From the NCBI GenBank assembly GCA_012295275.1, contig CM022671.1, positions 18,662,001 through 18,726,000 on the forward strand: 64,000 nt of DNA. Direction: 5' to 3'. Below the pieces are notes generated by a model. That model was not told where the DNA came from, made no database searches, and worked only from the letters and a program-made list of their open reading frames with translations. This DNA is from Chrysomallon squamiferum. Taxonomy: Eukaryota > Animalia > Mollusca. Below are positions 39,164-53,431 of this stretch, one piece after another. A program made the position numbers and the translations under genes. Every line of letters starts with the position of its first letter. The stretch's first letter is position 1.

Positions 39164-39251
<88 letters not shown>

Positions 39252-40114
39252 ATAAAAGAAAATCTGCTGCTAAACGTAGTGAGTTACTCTTTTTCAATGA
39301 CAGACAGGAAACAATAAATATGACTTATCAAGGGTCACTCATTGGAATGGGAAATAATCCAGAAGGAGCACTGAAAAGAACCAGTTCCGCGACTAACCAG
39401 CTTAAAGGAGATGCTGAAAAATATAAGGCCAAGAGGAAGAGCCTGGGTACATTATAACTCATCTTAAAATGTTGTTCTTACATAATCCATAAACTGTATT
39501 TGAAAAACCTCATAACTTTAACTCCACAACTACTTTACGTAATAACATTATACAGAGATTCCAGCATGTGCGGTTGAATATATATATTGATAATCGATAG
39601 CAATCCAGTTATACAGTGTCAAGACTCACAACAGGGTACTTTTAATGAATCTATAAGGTGTCGTATGAACGAGTAAGTCTATTATTTCATATATCGATTG
39701 CCACAAAACTGTTCTGTACACTATTCTGAGATAATGAGACACTAAGAGTAATACACTTGAATGCCAAAAATCTAAGTAAATATCTTTTTAATTATATTCA
39801 CCATAGCAACAATTCTTCAGAATTACAAGACTGTTCAGGTCAAAGTTGCTATATTAATTTGTTATGTTTGTTTGTTGTGGTGGGTATTGTTTTTTTTTTT
39901 TTTTTTTTCGTACATTCATTCATATAAAAATATTTACATATGTAAATATATTCACTGGTATACACAAACACACATGCAGCACAGACGCACACACGCATAG
40001 ACACACTCACATAGACATAAATACTTTCATGTAGAGTGACAAGTTTCCCACAAAAACAAATGCATGCCAAAAAGGACAAAAGGTGAAGAATGGTGTGCTT
40101 CATTTGAACATTAC

Positions 40115-40171
<57 letters not shown>

Positions 40172-40949
40172 AGTTATCTCGGTACCTGAACTGTATCATC
40201 GTTCAACTCGATTCCTTCAATTCACGTTAACGGCATCTGACCTTTGACAGGTCATGTCAGAATTGTCTGTGTTCTGGTACAAACAAACACAAAAGGACGA
40301 ATGTGCCCCATGCACATTAGTCACAGGACTAATATTTTTTACCGTAGTTGTAACATTATCCTTACATATCGCAAACATTTACAGATTACCTGCACGTAGG
40401 CCCGCACGCACATATACACACATACAGATATACATACAGACACACACACACATCCTTAAATACATATATACATATATACATATAAACACACACACACATG
40501 TTCACACCCTTAAATATATACGTACATACACACATACATACACACACACTTAATAACACACCACATTCAAATTATTTTTAATATCTTCTCTTCCCATCAT
40601 GAGTTAACAAATAAATTACGCACCTAAAAGAAATGACCCAAATACGAAGCGAATCCATACGGTTCAGTTCCCTTTGTCGATGTACCAAGACACACGTCAT
40701 GTTGTGATATGATTGCGAAATAAATGTAGACCAGGAAGAACAGTTCAGTGATCCGTAACCTGTTATAAGAAACCTTCAACTTGTCAGCCGAGGTACGTGC
40801 TAAACACCGCGTTTGAGAAATACTCAAGCGAGTAAAAAGGCAGACATGAACATTGTTTTTTTATTTGTGTTTTATTGTTGTTGTTTTTTTATTATCTGTT
40901 ATAATCATTATTATCATCATTATAATCATTATCATCATCATCATCATCA

Positions 40950-40999
<50 letters not shown>

Positions 41000-41261
41000 G
41001 CACAGACGGGTAAATAAAGATAAATTATGACCCGTCGTCTCATAAATTATTTCACCCTACCCCGTGTGATACATAAAGCAGTGGGTGCTGCTTGACGTCA
41101 CTAGGCAACGTCCTGCTAATCTAGTTTCAAGCTGAAATTTCTTAGAAGCTTTATATGCGAAACAGACGTTTTTATATTTTCTATGAAAACTCAAGATCTA
41201 ATGAAATATGTTTCTAGTGAAAGAGAGTGAGATCTGTTCAGAAGAAGAGAAAATACAACAG

Positions 41262-41348
<87 letters not shown>

Positions 41349-41640
41349 AATACTAAATAAATAAACAGGAAATACACAGGAAAAAACCAACTTCACATTT
41401 TATTGAAAACATTTGTTTATTAAGAAAATTAAAATTCCCGTGTATGGTTATTTTGTGTATATTTCAGTTTATGCGCATTTGTACATGGTTTTGATTGAGG
41501 ACCTTATTAAATTTACATTTGTGTGTATGGTTGAATGCAAAATTATTTGTTAGCATGTCTGAATATAAAATATTATATTATATTCTTCATATGAATATAC
41601 AGAATAAATGATCGCGCTCTGGGTAGATATCCAGAATTTG

Positions 41641-44600
41641 TTAAATGTTATAAAGAGTAACTGCAAACACAGAAAACAGAGGCAGTAAGACATTCGGAAA
41701 CATAGCTGGTGATGAATTGATGCTTCTTTCTATTTCTGCCATCCGAGCTCTCTTCTCGTACTCCGGTAAACTGCAGTATGGATATTTGATTCCACTGAAG
41801 AACTTTCCGTAAATAGTTTGAACAGATTTGCAATCGCCTGTGACAGGTTCCACATAGCATTTGATGAGCCGATCAAAAAAACTGAAAACAAATTTGGTTT
41901 GAAAGATGATAAATTCAGTTCATTGTTATAACAAATGGATTATTTTTCTAATATTAGTTAGTTATTACCCGCCGCAACCATAACATTTCTCAGACGTTAC
42001 CCATTGTCCAAATCTGTTTCTTATTTACATCATACATCAAACCAATTATACAAAGACACCGATATTATTTTTACAATGTGAACAGCATGCATCGTAATAA
42101 AACTCCTTCCAATGAGACATGGTCCACTTATGGAATATAACACAAATACAATTAAATATTACTGAATAAAATAACATGAAAACAATAATGTGTGATGGTA
42201 TATTTCAATATTTAACCTTTTGTAAAATGTATTTCTTTCCTGTAAAACATTCCATGTAGTGGAACGGGATATAACATGCAATTGAAGTCAGAATGTGTAA
42301 GATGATTTTAAAATATTCACTTAGTAAAACCTATTATAACTGAAAAACAGCATTCGAAAATTAGTAAATTTTGAAGGACTAAAATACAAAACAAATACAA
42401 AAAGGTAAAAGGAAAAAAAAAGATAATGTTGAAATGCAAGGTAGTAACTCACGTGCAAAGTGCATCAAATGTGTACTTAACACTGTGGTAGGAGTTCTGC
42501 TGAAGGCTCCGCATGATGTCAGACTTGGCACGGTTTAAGCAGGACGGTGCCGTACTAAATAAACTCTTCAGACATGTACTCTTTTCAGAAAATTCTGCAT
42601 TAGAAGATAAGTTAGTTTCATAGTATAATAAAGTATTGCATTAATATATGTGTAAATAATTAACTAACTAAACTGATTAACTCACTAACTAACTAACTAA
42701 ATAAATAGATAAATAAGTAAATTAACAATAACAGACGTACAGAAAGATCGCTTATTGTCTTTAACGACATATAATTATCAGTTAAAACTATATTTACTAT
42801 TCTGATAAATTTTGCTATCAAACACACATGCGCATGTGCACCATTTTCCTAGAAACTAATGAACCTATTTACAACACAAACCTATGCCTGTCCACGTACC
42901 ATAAGAAGAATTACATATATTACCAATACTAAATTCAGTCATTGTATACAGTTTTATCAACAGTAATCATTCAAAACAAGAAACCTCTGAAATACAGTCA
43001 TCAAAGTCATTCAAGTTGAAATGTTAGCTAGTTCATACAGTCTAACGCTGTCTTTGTCTATCTCTGTCTTTGTCTATCTCTCTCTCTGTCTCTCTGTTTC
43101 TCTCTTTGTGTTTTAATATTCAAGAAAATATGGTTTGGTGCCAAATATTTCCAGTGTACAATTGTTAAAAATGTATAAAATTATATTTGTTACTTTGGCG
43201 ATATAAACAGAATATTTTGTAATCGGTACCTTTACTATTGTCACATAAATACTGAAGACTCTCTCGCCATTTAGTTACGTTAAAGATGAGGTCTAGCAGT
43301 TTTCTCTCTGTTGGATTATCACGACATTCGTTAATAGGCCCCTGCATGCAGTCAACCACAGACTTCATTGATGATCTCAAATACAAAATATTTACGTTCA
43401 TTAAATACAAAACACAGACACAGTGTCTGTAATGGATGTACATATATATATGGTACGACAAGAACGCGCCATGACAAAACAGTACTGAAATAATGAGTGT
43501 TTGTGAAAACATATAGAAAAACCGAAGAAGGATGAATGTAAATTCGGTTTTACCAAGTAATTTCAAAATAATACTGTTAATAATTAAGATTGTTTTCTGG
43601 GTTTTTTAAATTATAAGCTTAACTGTAAGAAATATATAAAGTTTATGAACAATTAAGAACAATCAACTTTTGAGTAATGTACTTTTAAAAACAGGCACTT
43701 TTTGACAAATTTGCTGTTATATTTAACATTGTTACATTTCACATACTGTTGTAGTCACCTATTTCATTCATATATTCATTCATGTATTTAAGGACTGTTC
43801 GCTTAAGAATTACTTACGTCTAACAATTTTCCCGAAAGCTATAATTATTAGAATTACCTGCAGAATGTCATGTTATCGTAAAGAGAAAGCTCATTAGAGT
43901 AGAGTGGCGATTTGTACATGCAGTTCTGTGTCTCAGAGTTGGCACTGGTGACGTCACAGTAGCCATAAACCAGACTCACTGGAAGAAAAACCAATAAATT
44001 GAAAGAATGTATAAAAATTTACATCTACGGTTGTTACTGTGGTTTCAGCTGAGATTGCCACAGCGATTAATAATAGTTATATAATGGTTGCATAATAGAA
44101 AGATACAGATTTGAGGAAAATGACAGCTGCTAAGACTATGGTTGTTGCAAAATAGTTAGAAATTACGACATTAGTTCTAAAGTAAATAAAACTTGTAAAG
44201 CAGTGGTCAGAAATTATGTAGTTAGTTCAGAAGTGGTTAAACTCGTAATGCCGTGGATAGAATGTACAAAGTTAGTTCAAAAGAGGTTAAAAGTGGTAAC
44301 GCAATGAATGATGAGAAATTATGACGTTAATTTTAAGAATGATTAAATCTAGTGGTAAATCGTCTCCCTGGGCTCTTTAGTCTTTTACTTAAACACGTCG
44401 CGGACATCCCTGAAGTCAGCAGAGTGTAGCTGACAAAAATTAATTAACAGGTTAATTACGAAATGTTAAACTGTATTAAAGAAAGCTGTTTAGGTAAATA
44501 TTAAATATGTTACGGATATTTTCAAAAACTGTACCTTAAAAGTAAAACAATATAAAATATTATAATAAGTAAAAAAAAAATAGCTACCAGCAGATTCTAA

Positions 44601-45617
44601 AGAAGGTAGGTATAATGCGATCCGTTTCTTAGTGAATAAGTTAGGACCAATTTTCTAAGTTAAAGAAACACAGAAAACAGTAGGCCTACATCTAAATATC
44701 GCAGAGGAAACTGTCCACAGCTTGAGTGAGGTCCTATAAGGGTTTTGCGAAGGGCCCTACTACGTTTACCGTCATATATGTCCATAATTATTATAATGGG
44801 AAACAAAAAAAGAAGAAAATATCTATGAACACAAAAAGGATTTAACAAATGTGGACCTAGCTACTGAAATCTGTAACAGAATGTGATAAATAAATTCTTA
44901 AGAAAAATAAAATAAAGAAATAAAAAAAGAACCGAGTAATGACATTTAACACTATCTTCACTAATTTGTCCGATAAAATTAACATCGATTTTTAATAATG
45001 TTGGATTATGATGATCATTAGTACCGATGTTGATAATTTACATTTCATGAGACTAATAGGTGAGATTTACTTAAATAAAAAAAAAATTCTTTGTATGAAA
45101 AAATAATTTTAGATCTAATGACTTATATTGTCTTTTTGTCTTTTTCTCCCCAGAGTCAAAATTTGACATGGTTATAGTAAAATAAACCGTCAATTTAAAT
45201 GCCGTCGTTTTGGCATCGATCTTGGAATAAATGACCCCAACAGGCAAAGGAGCAGTTTATACTGCTTGTAATAGCCAGTGCGTATTTAATATCGGATTAT
45301 TCATTTATATTAAGCGCAAAAATCAGCCCGACTTCCGGAAACCAGGGCATCCAGAGTGAACAAGTGTTAAGTTCATTAAACATTTCTCTCAATGACAACT
45401 TTATGTCTTGGTTCTCAAACATTCATCTGATATGCACACACGCGCACACCCGCACACAAACTGCGATAACACTAAGAATTTTTGTCAGTATAATTATATT
45501 GTTTGCGAAATCCATGTAACACCCTGGCTGAAAATCACCTCTGTACAGCATAACAACTACTAGCAAAGGAAGTATTGTTAGGCTGTATTAAAATATAAAT
45601 AAATAAATAAATACATA

Positions 45618-45658
<41 letters not shown>

Positions 45659-46093
45659 GTGTACACGGAATACTTAAATAATAACAATGCATTAAAAATA
45701 TCGGACAACCGAGTTTGTTTCTCTTGCTCGTCTAAACCATTGTACGTATAGGAGTACCTTTTCTGAAAACCAGAGTTGGATAGTACCTTTTCTGAAAACC
45801 TACTCGTCGAACACAGTTAACTTATTTTAAAGATTTATCATTACTACTTTTTTCAAAATGAAATTTGATATACTTGTATATTTCAGATCTTAAGTGATAT
45901 GACCTTTTGAGAATTAATCAATCAGTTTCAGATTTTTTGGACCTCAAAAGGCGAACGAAATAGACTGTCATGTTTTTATTCCGGGTATGCATTTTTGATT
46001 TAAAGCTGCTCTTTAACCAGCTAGAAGTTGGTCATTTTATTTATTAAGAAATACATATATATTTCTTAGTAAATAAAATTGCGAACTTCTAGG

Positions 46094-46136
<43 letters not shown>

Positions 46137-46294
46137 CCAGTATCTACATTTTTAACTATTTGAATTTTCTTAAACACGCTAAAATAAGAAAGATTAATTT
46201 GAACCAAAATATATATTTTCAAAACTTTAAGCTATTATTTACCTGTCGCCAAAGGAATAACAAATAGCACTGTTACGATCGTGACTCTTCCCAT
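41641..46294 (-). CDS. Secreted, probably GPI-anchored 12-Cys protein (DUF19/T20D4.11-like), copy B, 233 aa
   Basis: Exons 46294-46243 (MGRVTIVTVLFVIPLAT), 43978-43858, 43375-43230, 42594-42453, 41881-41641. Same phases and Cys pattern as copy A; ends INSSPAMFPNVLLPLFSVFAVTLYNI*. Exon 3 acceptor is GAG. Confidence 0.88.
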
Positions 46295-47050
46295 ATTAAA
46301 TACTTTATTATGAGTTAATTCCTGTATGGTCTCGATGAATTGCAAGCCCTCTCCGAAATGCAAATATTTGTCGTCCTTGTGGAATTTAATTTAAAAATAA
46401 AAAAGTCACGTACTTTTCCAAAAATAGTTCGGCCTAAGTCACTCCTCCATGAACGATTGATTTACATTTAAACTCTTTAACAAAATTATGGTTAATTTAC
46501 ATCAGCATTCACACGTATGTTTTACTTTATAAGAGGATAAATTCATCCTTTCGTTTTTGGATAATGTTTGTTCAATGCATCAAAATGTGATTTCAATACA
46601 CGCGTTCGATATGACAAATGGTGTTCTTTTCATTACTCAAAGCGACAGGGCGTTTGCAACTAAAACATTACCCAGTTTTATCACTTTATTTTAATTTATT
46701 TGGAAGCAACAGTCATTTACAAAAACGTGCTAAACTTTTTTTCGTTAAGTATCTGGATCGGTCCCACTGGCTCGACCCGTTTGGATTACGGTGAATTTTT
46801 TGGTATTGCGCAATTGTACTCCATCCTGGATTAACTTGGAAAAACCGGTTTATACAGGATTATATGTTCTTTTGTAACGTGTTTTTTAATAAGAAAAACG
46901 TATTTATAAATGACAAATATTGTAAAATACAAAATAAAAGAGAATGCAAAGAAATTGTTTTGTAAAGTGTATTTATCTTGGAGATCAGACAAATCATTTT
47001 AATGCCTTTGGCTGGAGTTACAGCCTTTATCGACTCCTTTAGCTTAAATG

Positions 47051-47135
<85 letters not shown>

Positions 47136-48138
47136 CGAGAGAGAGAGAGAATGTCTTTGTTTCGCTCAGTTGTGCATAATCTTTATAATAATTCTTTCGT
47201 ATTATTACTATTCTTATTCTATGATGACCATCATGATGATAATGATTAAGAAGGGTAACTTAAAAGAGACAACTATCACTATTTTTATTAATATGTGATA
47301 TAATTTTAGTAATTATCATCTCTGAACATTCCAAAAATGTTTTTATCATTAAACAGAACACAGATTATCAGCCAAGGGTACGTGAACTCAACAGTCATGT
47401 TCAAACTTGTTACAGGAATTTAGTGGTAAAAGAAAAACAGCAGAAAGACACAAGCACTGACATACACTGTTCTCCTTTGTAATAAATGTTGACTTTTCTG
47501 ATGACAAAGCCCTTCTGTCTCATACTCTCAGTGACATCAACAAACAATTAGGGCTGAAAATATACACAAGTGACAAACAGACAAAAAACAAAAAAAATAT
47601 GTTCAGAAAAAATTTATGTCAATCTATTTTGATAAAAAAAGAAAAAAAAAAGAAAAAAAGAACTGCATTTATCTTACAAACATATCTGCAGACATAGAGG
47701 AAATAACTTCAGTATCAACAATCCCATAACAAATCCAGGTCCACATTCTCTTTGGAGATCGACATTTTATTCAAGAAAATAAAACTGAAGCTGCATCCTA
47801 TCAACTCTCCTTTATAGCTCCCAGTAATGGTGGTCAACAGAAAATGATTTAAAACTCACAAAGCTTTCAAAACATAATGAGAATATTCCTACGAGAGAAA
47901 ATATTAAAACACAGATAAATAAAATAAAAAAATTAATGAGTTTGAAATTACCAAACAAAACAAAATGAACAACATGAATCACCATTATGCAAAGCATAAC
48001 ATTAACTTTTGATATTCAAAAGTTGCCACTTTGTACAGATTCTAAAATAAACTTTCTCAATTTAATTCAAATTACATGATCATACCTTTTATGAGCAGTA
48101 GTTATAACAATATTAGGCTGGTTAATTTTTTGCTTATA

Positions 48139-48472
48139 CAGGTACCGGAACAATTATCCGGACTCCTTGGGTCCTGAGGCATTCCGGATTTCTGGGTTTT
48201 CCGGTTTTGTGGTACCAAGGCATCTAAATACGTAAATAATTAGGCATAAACATTTTAAAATTAAAAACATAAAGAAAATTGAAAATACTGTGGCGATTCG
48301 ACAGGTAAACAGTGCGGCGAGTGAATGAACGCCACGCGGCTTGAAAGAGTAGTTCCGGTCTGGTGAAGACAACACCCGCGCGCGCGAGAACTATGAAAAT
48401 AGCGTCGGGAAAAAACTTCAGGTTTTCTGGTCTTTCCGGATTTAGGACGCCGGATAATTGGTCCAGGACCTG
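48139..48472. mobile_element. Tc1/mariner (pogo/Tigger-like) MITE, 334 bp, TA target duplication
   Basis: TA|CAGGTACCGGAACAATTATCCGG ... CCGGATAATTGGTCCAGGACCTG|TA. Confidence 0.8.
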
Positions 48473-50393
48473 TAGGGTACCTGTAGTGTACTTAATTAAA
48501 TGGCCAGTCATGACCGACTTCACACTGGCTTCACCGATGTACAGTGGAAGATCTGGATAATTCATCTGGATAATTCAACACACATTTGGTTTCAGTTTTT
48601 AGAATACATGTGAGCAGTAATTTCTTGAAATGAAATCTGAAAAGAGGATGAATAAACACATATTTTTGCAGTTTTTTGACTGTTGCATTTGGAAACACAG
48701 GGTCAAGAATGGCTACGAATTGTGATAGGTCACAAAGTGGTCAACAGAAAGAAGTGATGGTCCCCTCTTTTGCACCCTAAGAGTTATTTTGCAAGAATAG
48801 GATTACCTAACTAAATTATTAGCCTTTTACAAGTCTTTTATGTTATAAAGATGCATGACTTTAACATTAATATACATTGTCCATTTCAAAATAATAATAA
48901 TAAAAAAAAATAAAAATAAAAATATATCTCACAAAGAAAACTTTGGAGACAGAGAATTTGTATTTATTTGGTATATTCTAAAATGGCTATTAACTGTTCT
49001 ATTAATTAAACATTAATGTACTTGTAAAATTAAATTATACTGTAAAGAATACATAATTGTTGGAGTTTTTGTTGTTGTTTTTCTTTTTTATTATTAGTGT
49101 TTCAGAGGTCCTTCACAAAATGTCCTATTTGAAATGTTAATGATTTAACAGATGCTATAAATTTTCTTAAATGTTTGAAACAAGATCATCAGTTTTTATT
49201 TGCATATATTTAGAATCAGACTGTTTTTGCAATCACATCATCAAACTCTTTGGTGTATTAAACATATAGACCTAAATAATGTAAAATAAAATGTACATTC
49301 ACCATTCAAATACGTAAACGTGCATTACTTATCTGCATGTGATGAGATAGAAACAGACATACTTATGTAAGTATAGACTACATAGTACACACAGATAAAT
49401 ATATACATATGTATGTATATCACTATTTAGGATGGAAGTAGCATTGATGTACGAATAAAAATGAACTTTTTTAAATAAAACAAATTAATAATGAAAATTA
49501 ATGACAAACTGAAATAAACTATATTGCGATGAGAGTTTTATTCTTGTAGCTGCCGTTTCGTTTCTTGCAGATATACTTTTATAACCTATATCCTATTATG
49601 CATTACGCCAAAATATTCATATAATTGACTGGTATCACTGCGGATATGGCGCTACATCGAATGGAAATCCCTGAAAGGAAGTTGATTTTGGGCATTTTAA
49701 TTTTCCCGATGATTCTATATACATTAGTGAAAATGGTTGAGTGTTGTGAGAACGCCATAACGAAGAAGTGACAGTAAAGACAGATTATAATTACGAATAA
49801 TAATTGTTATCATGTGATAAATTTAAAATAGAAATGATGAAACAGACATGAAATTAAAATATGTGCAAATCTATTCAAATAATCATTTATAATAAAATGT
49901 TTTAATAATTAAACAATGCAAACCTCACATGAGACGATAATTGTTATTAACAAGTTCTTTTTTTTTTTTATTATTTATTTAGTTATTAAATTTATTATTA
50001 TTATTTTTGTTATTATTAATCTTGTTTTGTTTCTTTTCCACTAAAACTGCTTATCAGTTTCAAATGTTTGTCACATAATGCTTTAATTCACATATGAATG
50101 TCGCCAATCTCATTTTTGCAAGGTAAATATCTTCTGATAGAAAGGATTTTTAGTTTTATTATTATTAACACGTACACACATTCATAAAATTTTAAATTTT
50201 ATCATTGTAGCATCAATATTCAAAATAAAAATACATTTGACTAGATTCTTACAAGCTATAATTATAAATGTATAATATATTATATTTATGATATGATTTT
50301 TCTCCTCTTACAGCATATACCTGGATTGAATAAATTTGAATGTGATGAATTAAATCAAAACATACTTGAGTAGATCATTGTATGTGGTGAACC

Positions 50394-51232
50394 ATGAATA
50401 CCAGACAGTATGATGACCCGGCAGAAATGCCACTCTTTGGTGAACGAAGACCAATAGTTAGCTCATAAAGATACTGTCACATGAACATTCAATTTTTGTT
50501 GCAGTGGCTTCACGGATCATGAAGTTGTTTGAGACACATGTTTATACATGCATCAGAATTTATGACAGTTATGTAAAAATGGCAGCAGAAATGGTTATTT
50601 ATCTTTATGCTATAGAATGAGACAATTAAAAGACAACCAGTAAAGCAGCTCTTAAAACACCACAGATGATATTTATAAAATTCAAATAAAGATTCAAATA
50701 TTAATTCTTATTTTCACAACTGTACACTTTGGACTTTGGTGCTGTTTGTAATAAGACTTGGTTAAGTGACTGTAATTATTTGTTCCTATTACATACAACA
50801 CTGCTAGTTATATTATTCAGTACAACACTGATAATAATTAAAGTACACTAATGTAATTGCAGCTATTATGAATCAGAATATGTGTATGCTGTGACAACAG
50901 TAACATAAAGGATTTAAAATTATATTTTTTTATCAAGATTGAGTTTATTCAGTTTTTTCCTAATTTACAAAACAGGTTAGTGTTATAACTGAAGTTTACA
51001 TTTTATAAAAGGATAGGTATTAAGGATGATTTTGATAATTAACCTTTTTAACAAGCTTTAAAAAAACTATTGAGTCGTAAATAATTATAACCGCACATAC
51101 ACATACACACACACACACTGCTAAAGTATAATTTATTCCATTCCACATATATATATATATTAAAAAAAATTGTTTTTGTAGGACCGTCTTATAAATCTGG
51201 TTGTTGGTGCTTTTACTGCAGTAGTTGTGCTG
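50394..51232 (+). pseudogene. TMEM243: TMEM243 5' fragment (first two coding exons), truncated by the duplication boundary
   Basis: 50394-50456 MNTRQYDDPAEMPLFGERRPI|gt plus 51182-51232 ag|DRLINLVVGAFTAVVVL|gtaagt. Matches the vertebrate TMEM243 N-terminus as recalled (..RPLFGETSAKDRIINLVVGSLTSLLIL). No downstream exon seen before the unit ends at 52397. Confidence 0.8.
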
Positions 51233-52710
51233 GTAAGTAATGTCTTGAATATTTACTAGATTCTTTCTGTCATTTCATGCAAATCATCAATAATAAAAAT
51301 AAAAAAACAACAACACAAGAACAATCTGCTCATACATTAACATTTCGGTACCTAACACAAAAGCTTGTAAAATGATTGTGCTAATTATCACATTTTTAAA
51401 CCAGAACAAATTTATCTTATTATTTTATATGGAAAATGACCCTCCTTTTAAGACTGCTGTTTTAGATTATAATCAGTAAAATATTTTCCAGTGATTGTTT
51501 TTAACCTTTTAAAAAATTACAGTATTAGCAAACTTCAATTTTCTGTTTAAAAGTTAAGCCATAATTAGTTATTTTATTATGACTGATCACCGTCATTTAA
51601 TCTGTAGAAATCTACAACAATGCATTTAAAATAAATAACCATGCAGGTACATTCAGTTTTCAGCAAAATAAGGTCAGCTAGATAAAATTAATGAAACAAT
51701 GTGAGGTAACATAGAGTTAGCATAAATTAATGAGTCTTTTTAAGAAAAAATAAGATGCCTCAACATTTGCTCATTAATTATTCATTTTTAGTTAGAAAGC
51801 GTTCATTCACATAATCTCAAGTAGATAAAATTTTGCTAATTGTTAGTTCAGATAAAATTGCAATCATAATAAAGAAATGTTAAAGTAAATAGGCCACATA
51901 AACAGACATTTTGAAGCCTGCTGAATAAAAAATAAATATAAATCTCAAACTTGTACTTCTGTCATTATTTAAAAATAGAGGCAACAGGATTGTTAGAAAT
52001 GGGAATGCCAGAAAAAGGGAAACATAATAATAGAGTTTAAGAAAAATCAAAGCTTACTTGCAGGTAAACACACACGAACAGCATTTCACATTTTCATTAT
52101 TGTGTAAAATGCATGCATTCGTTTATGAAACAACATAAACATTATCATTTAAATTAATATCCTATGAATATGTTAATGAATTATCCATTAATGATGATGA
52201 TGGTGATCATGATGATCATGACAAATAAATAAAATAAAATTATAGTAGATGAGGTTGGAACCTCTCTTGATGACAAATTTTAATCAGGACCATAAAAGGT
52301 CTTAATTATAATGGCATTTTTCATAAACATAATAATAACAGTTGTACTTAATGATGTCATTATAAAACATGTCAGTGTGAACTGGAAATTTTAGAAAATC
52401 ATAAGTTAACAAATAAATTACACACCCAAAAGAAATGACCCAAATACGAAGCTAATCCACACGGTTCAGTTTCCTTTGTCAATGTACCAAGACACACGTC
52501 ATGTTGTGATATGATTGCGAAATAAATGTAGACCAGGAAGAACAGTTCAGTGATCCGTAACCTGTTATAAGATACCTCCAACCTGTCAGCCAACGTGCGT
52601 GTTAAACACCACGTTTGAGAAATACGTAAGCGAAATAAAAATGCAGACATGAACATTTTTTATATTTTTTTTTATTGTTTTTTTAAAAAATTTTATTATC
52701 TATTATTATT

Positions 52711-52745
<35 letters not shown>

Positions 52746-53087
52746 TATTATTACTATTATTATTATTATTATTATTATTGTTATTATTGTTATTATTGTT
52801 ATTATTGTTATTACACAGACGGGTAAATAAAGATAAATTATGACCCGACGTCTCATAAATTATTTCACCCTACCCCGTTTGATACATAAAGCAGTGGGTG
52901 CTGCTTGACGTCACTAGGCAACGTCGTGCTTAATCTAGTGGTTTCGTCTTCTCCTACAGCAACAACAGAAATCAGTAACTGTCACATTCCGCTGGTGTGT
53001 TTGCACGGTTTCAAGCTTGAATATCTTAAAAGCCTTTAAATAAGTGCATGCGTGAGTTGTAGTAGACGTATATACATATACACACAC

Positions 53088-53144
<57 letters not shown>

Positions 53145-53431
53145 AATACTAAATAAATAAACAGGAAATACACAGGAAAAAACCAACTTCACTTTTTATT
53201 GAAAATATTTGTTTATTAAGAAAATTAAAATTCCCGTGTCTGGTTATTTGTGTATATTTCAGTTTATGCGCATTTGTACATGGTTTTGATTGAGGACCTT
53301 ATTAAATTTACATTTGTGTGTTTGGTTGAATGCAAAATTATTTGTTAGCATGTCTGAATATAAAATATTATATTATATTCTTCATATATACAGAATAAAT
53401 GATCAACCTCTGGGTAGATATCCAGAATTTG

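Larger units (their letters stand above)
40596..52397 (+). repeat. Tandem segmental duplication, unit 1 (~11.8 kb)
   Basis: atcatgagttaacaaataaattacgcacc at 40596 recurs as atcataagttaacaaataaattacacacc at 52398; colinear similarity continues throughout. Confidence 0.95.

Noticed and set aside
39320-39446. Coding-looking stretch MTYQGSLIGMGNNPEGALKRTSSATNQLKGDAEKYKAKRKSL with possible donor
   Set aside because: No recognisable homology or partner exons; cannot be supported.
48154-48565. Overlapping ORFs on both strands (also 60590-61008)
   Set aside because: They lie within the GC-richer MITE; no transposase motifs.
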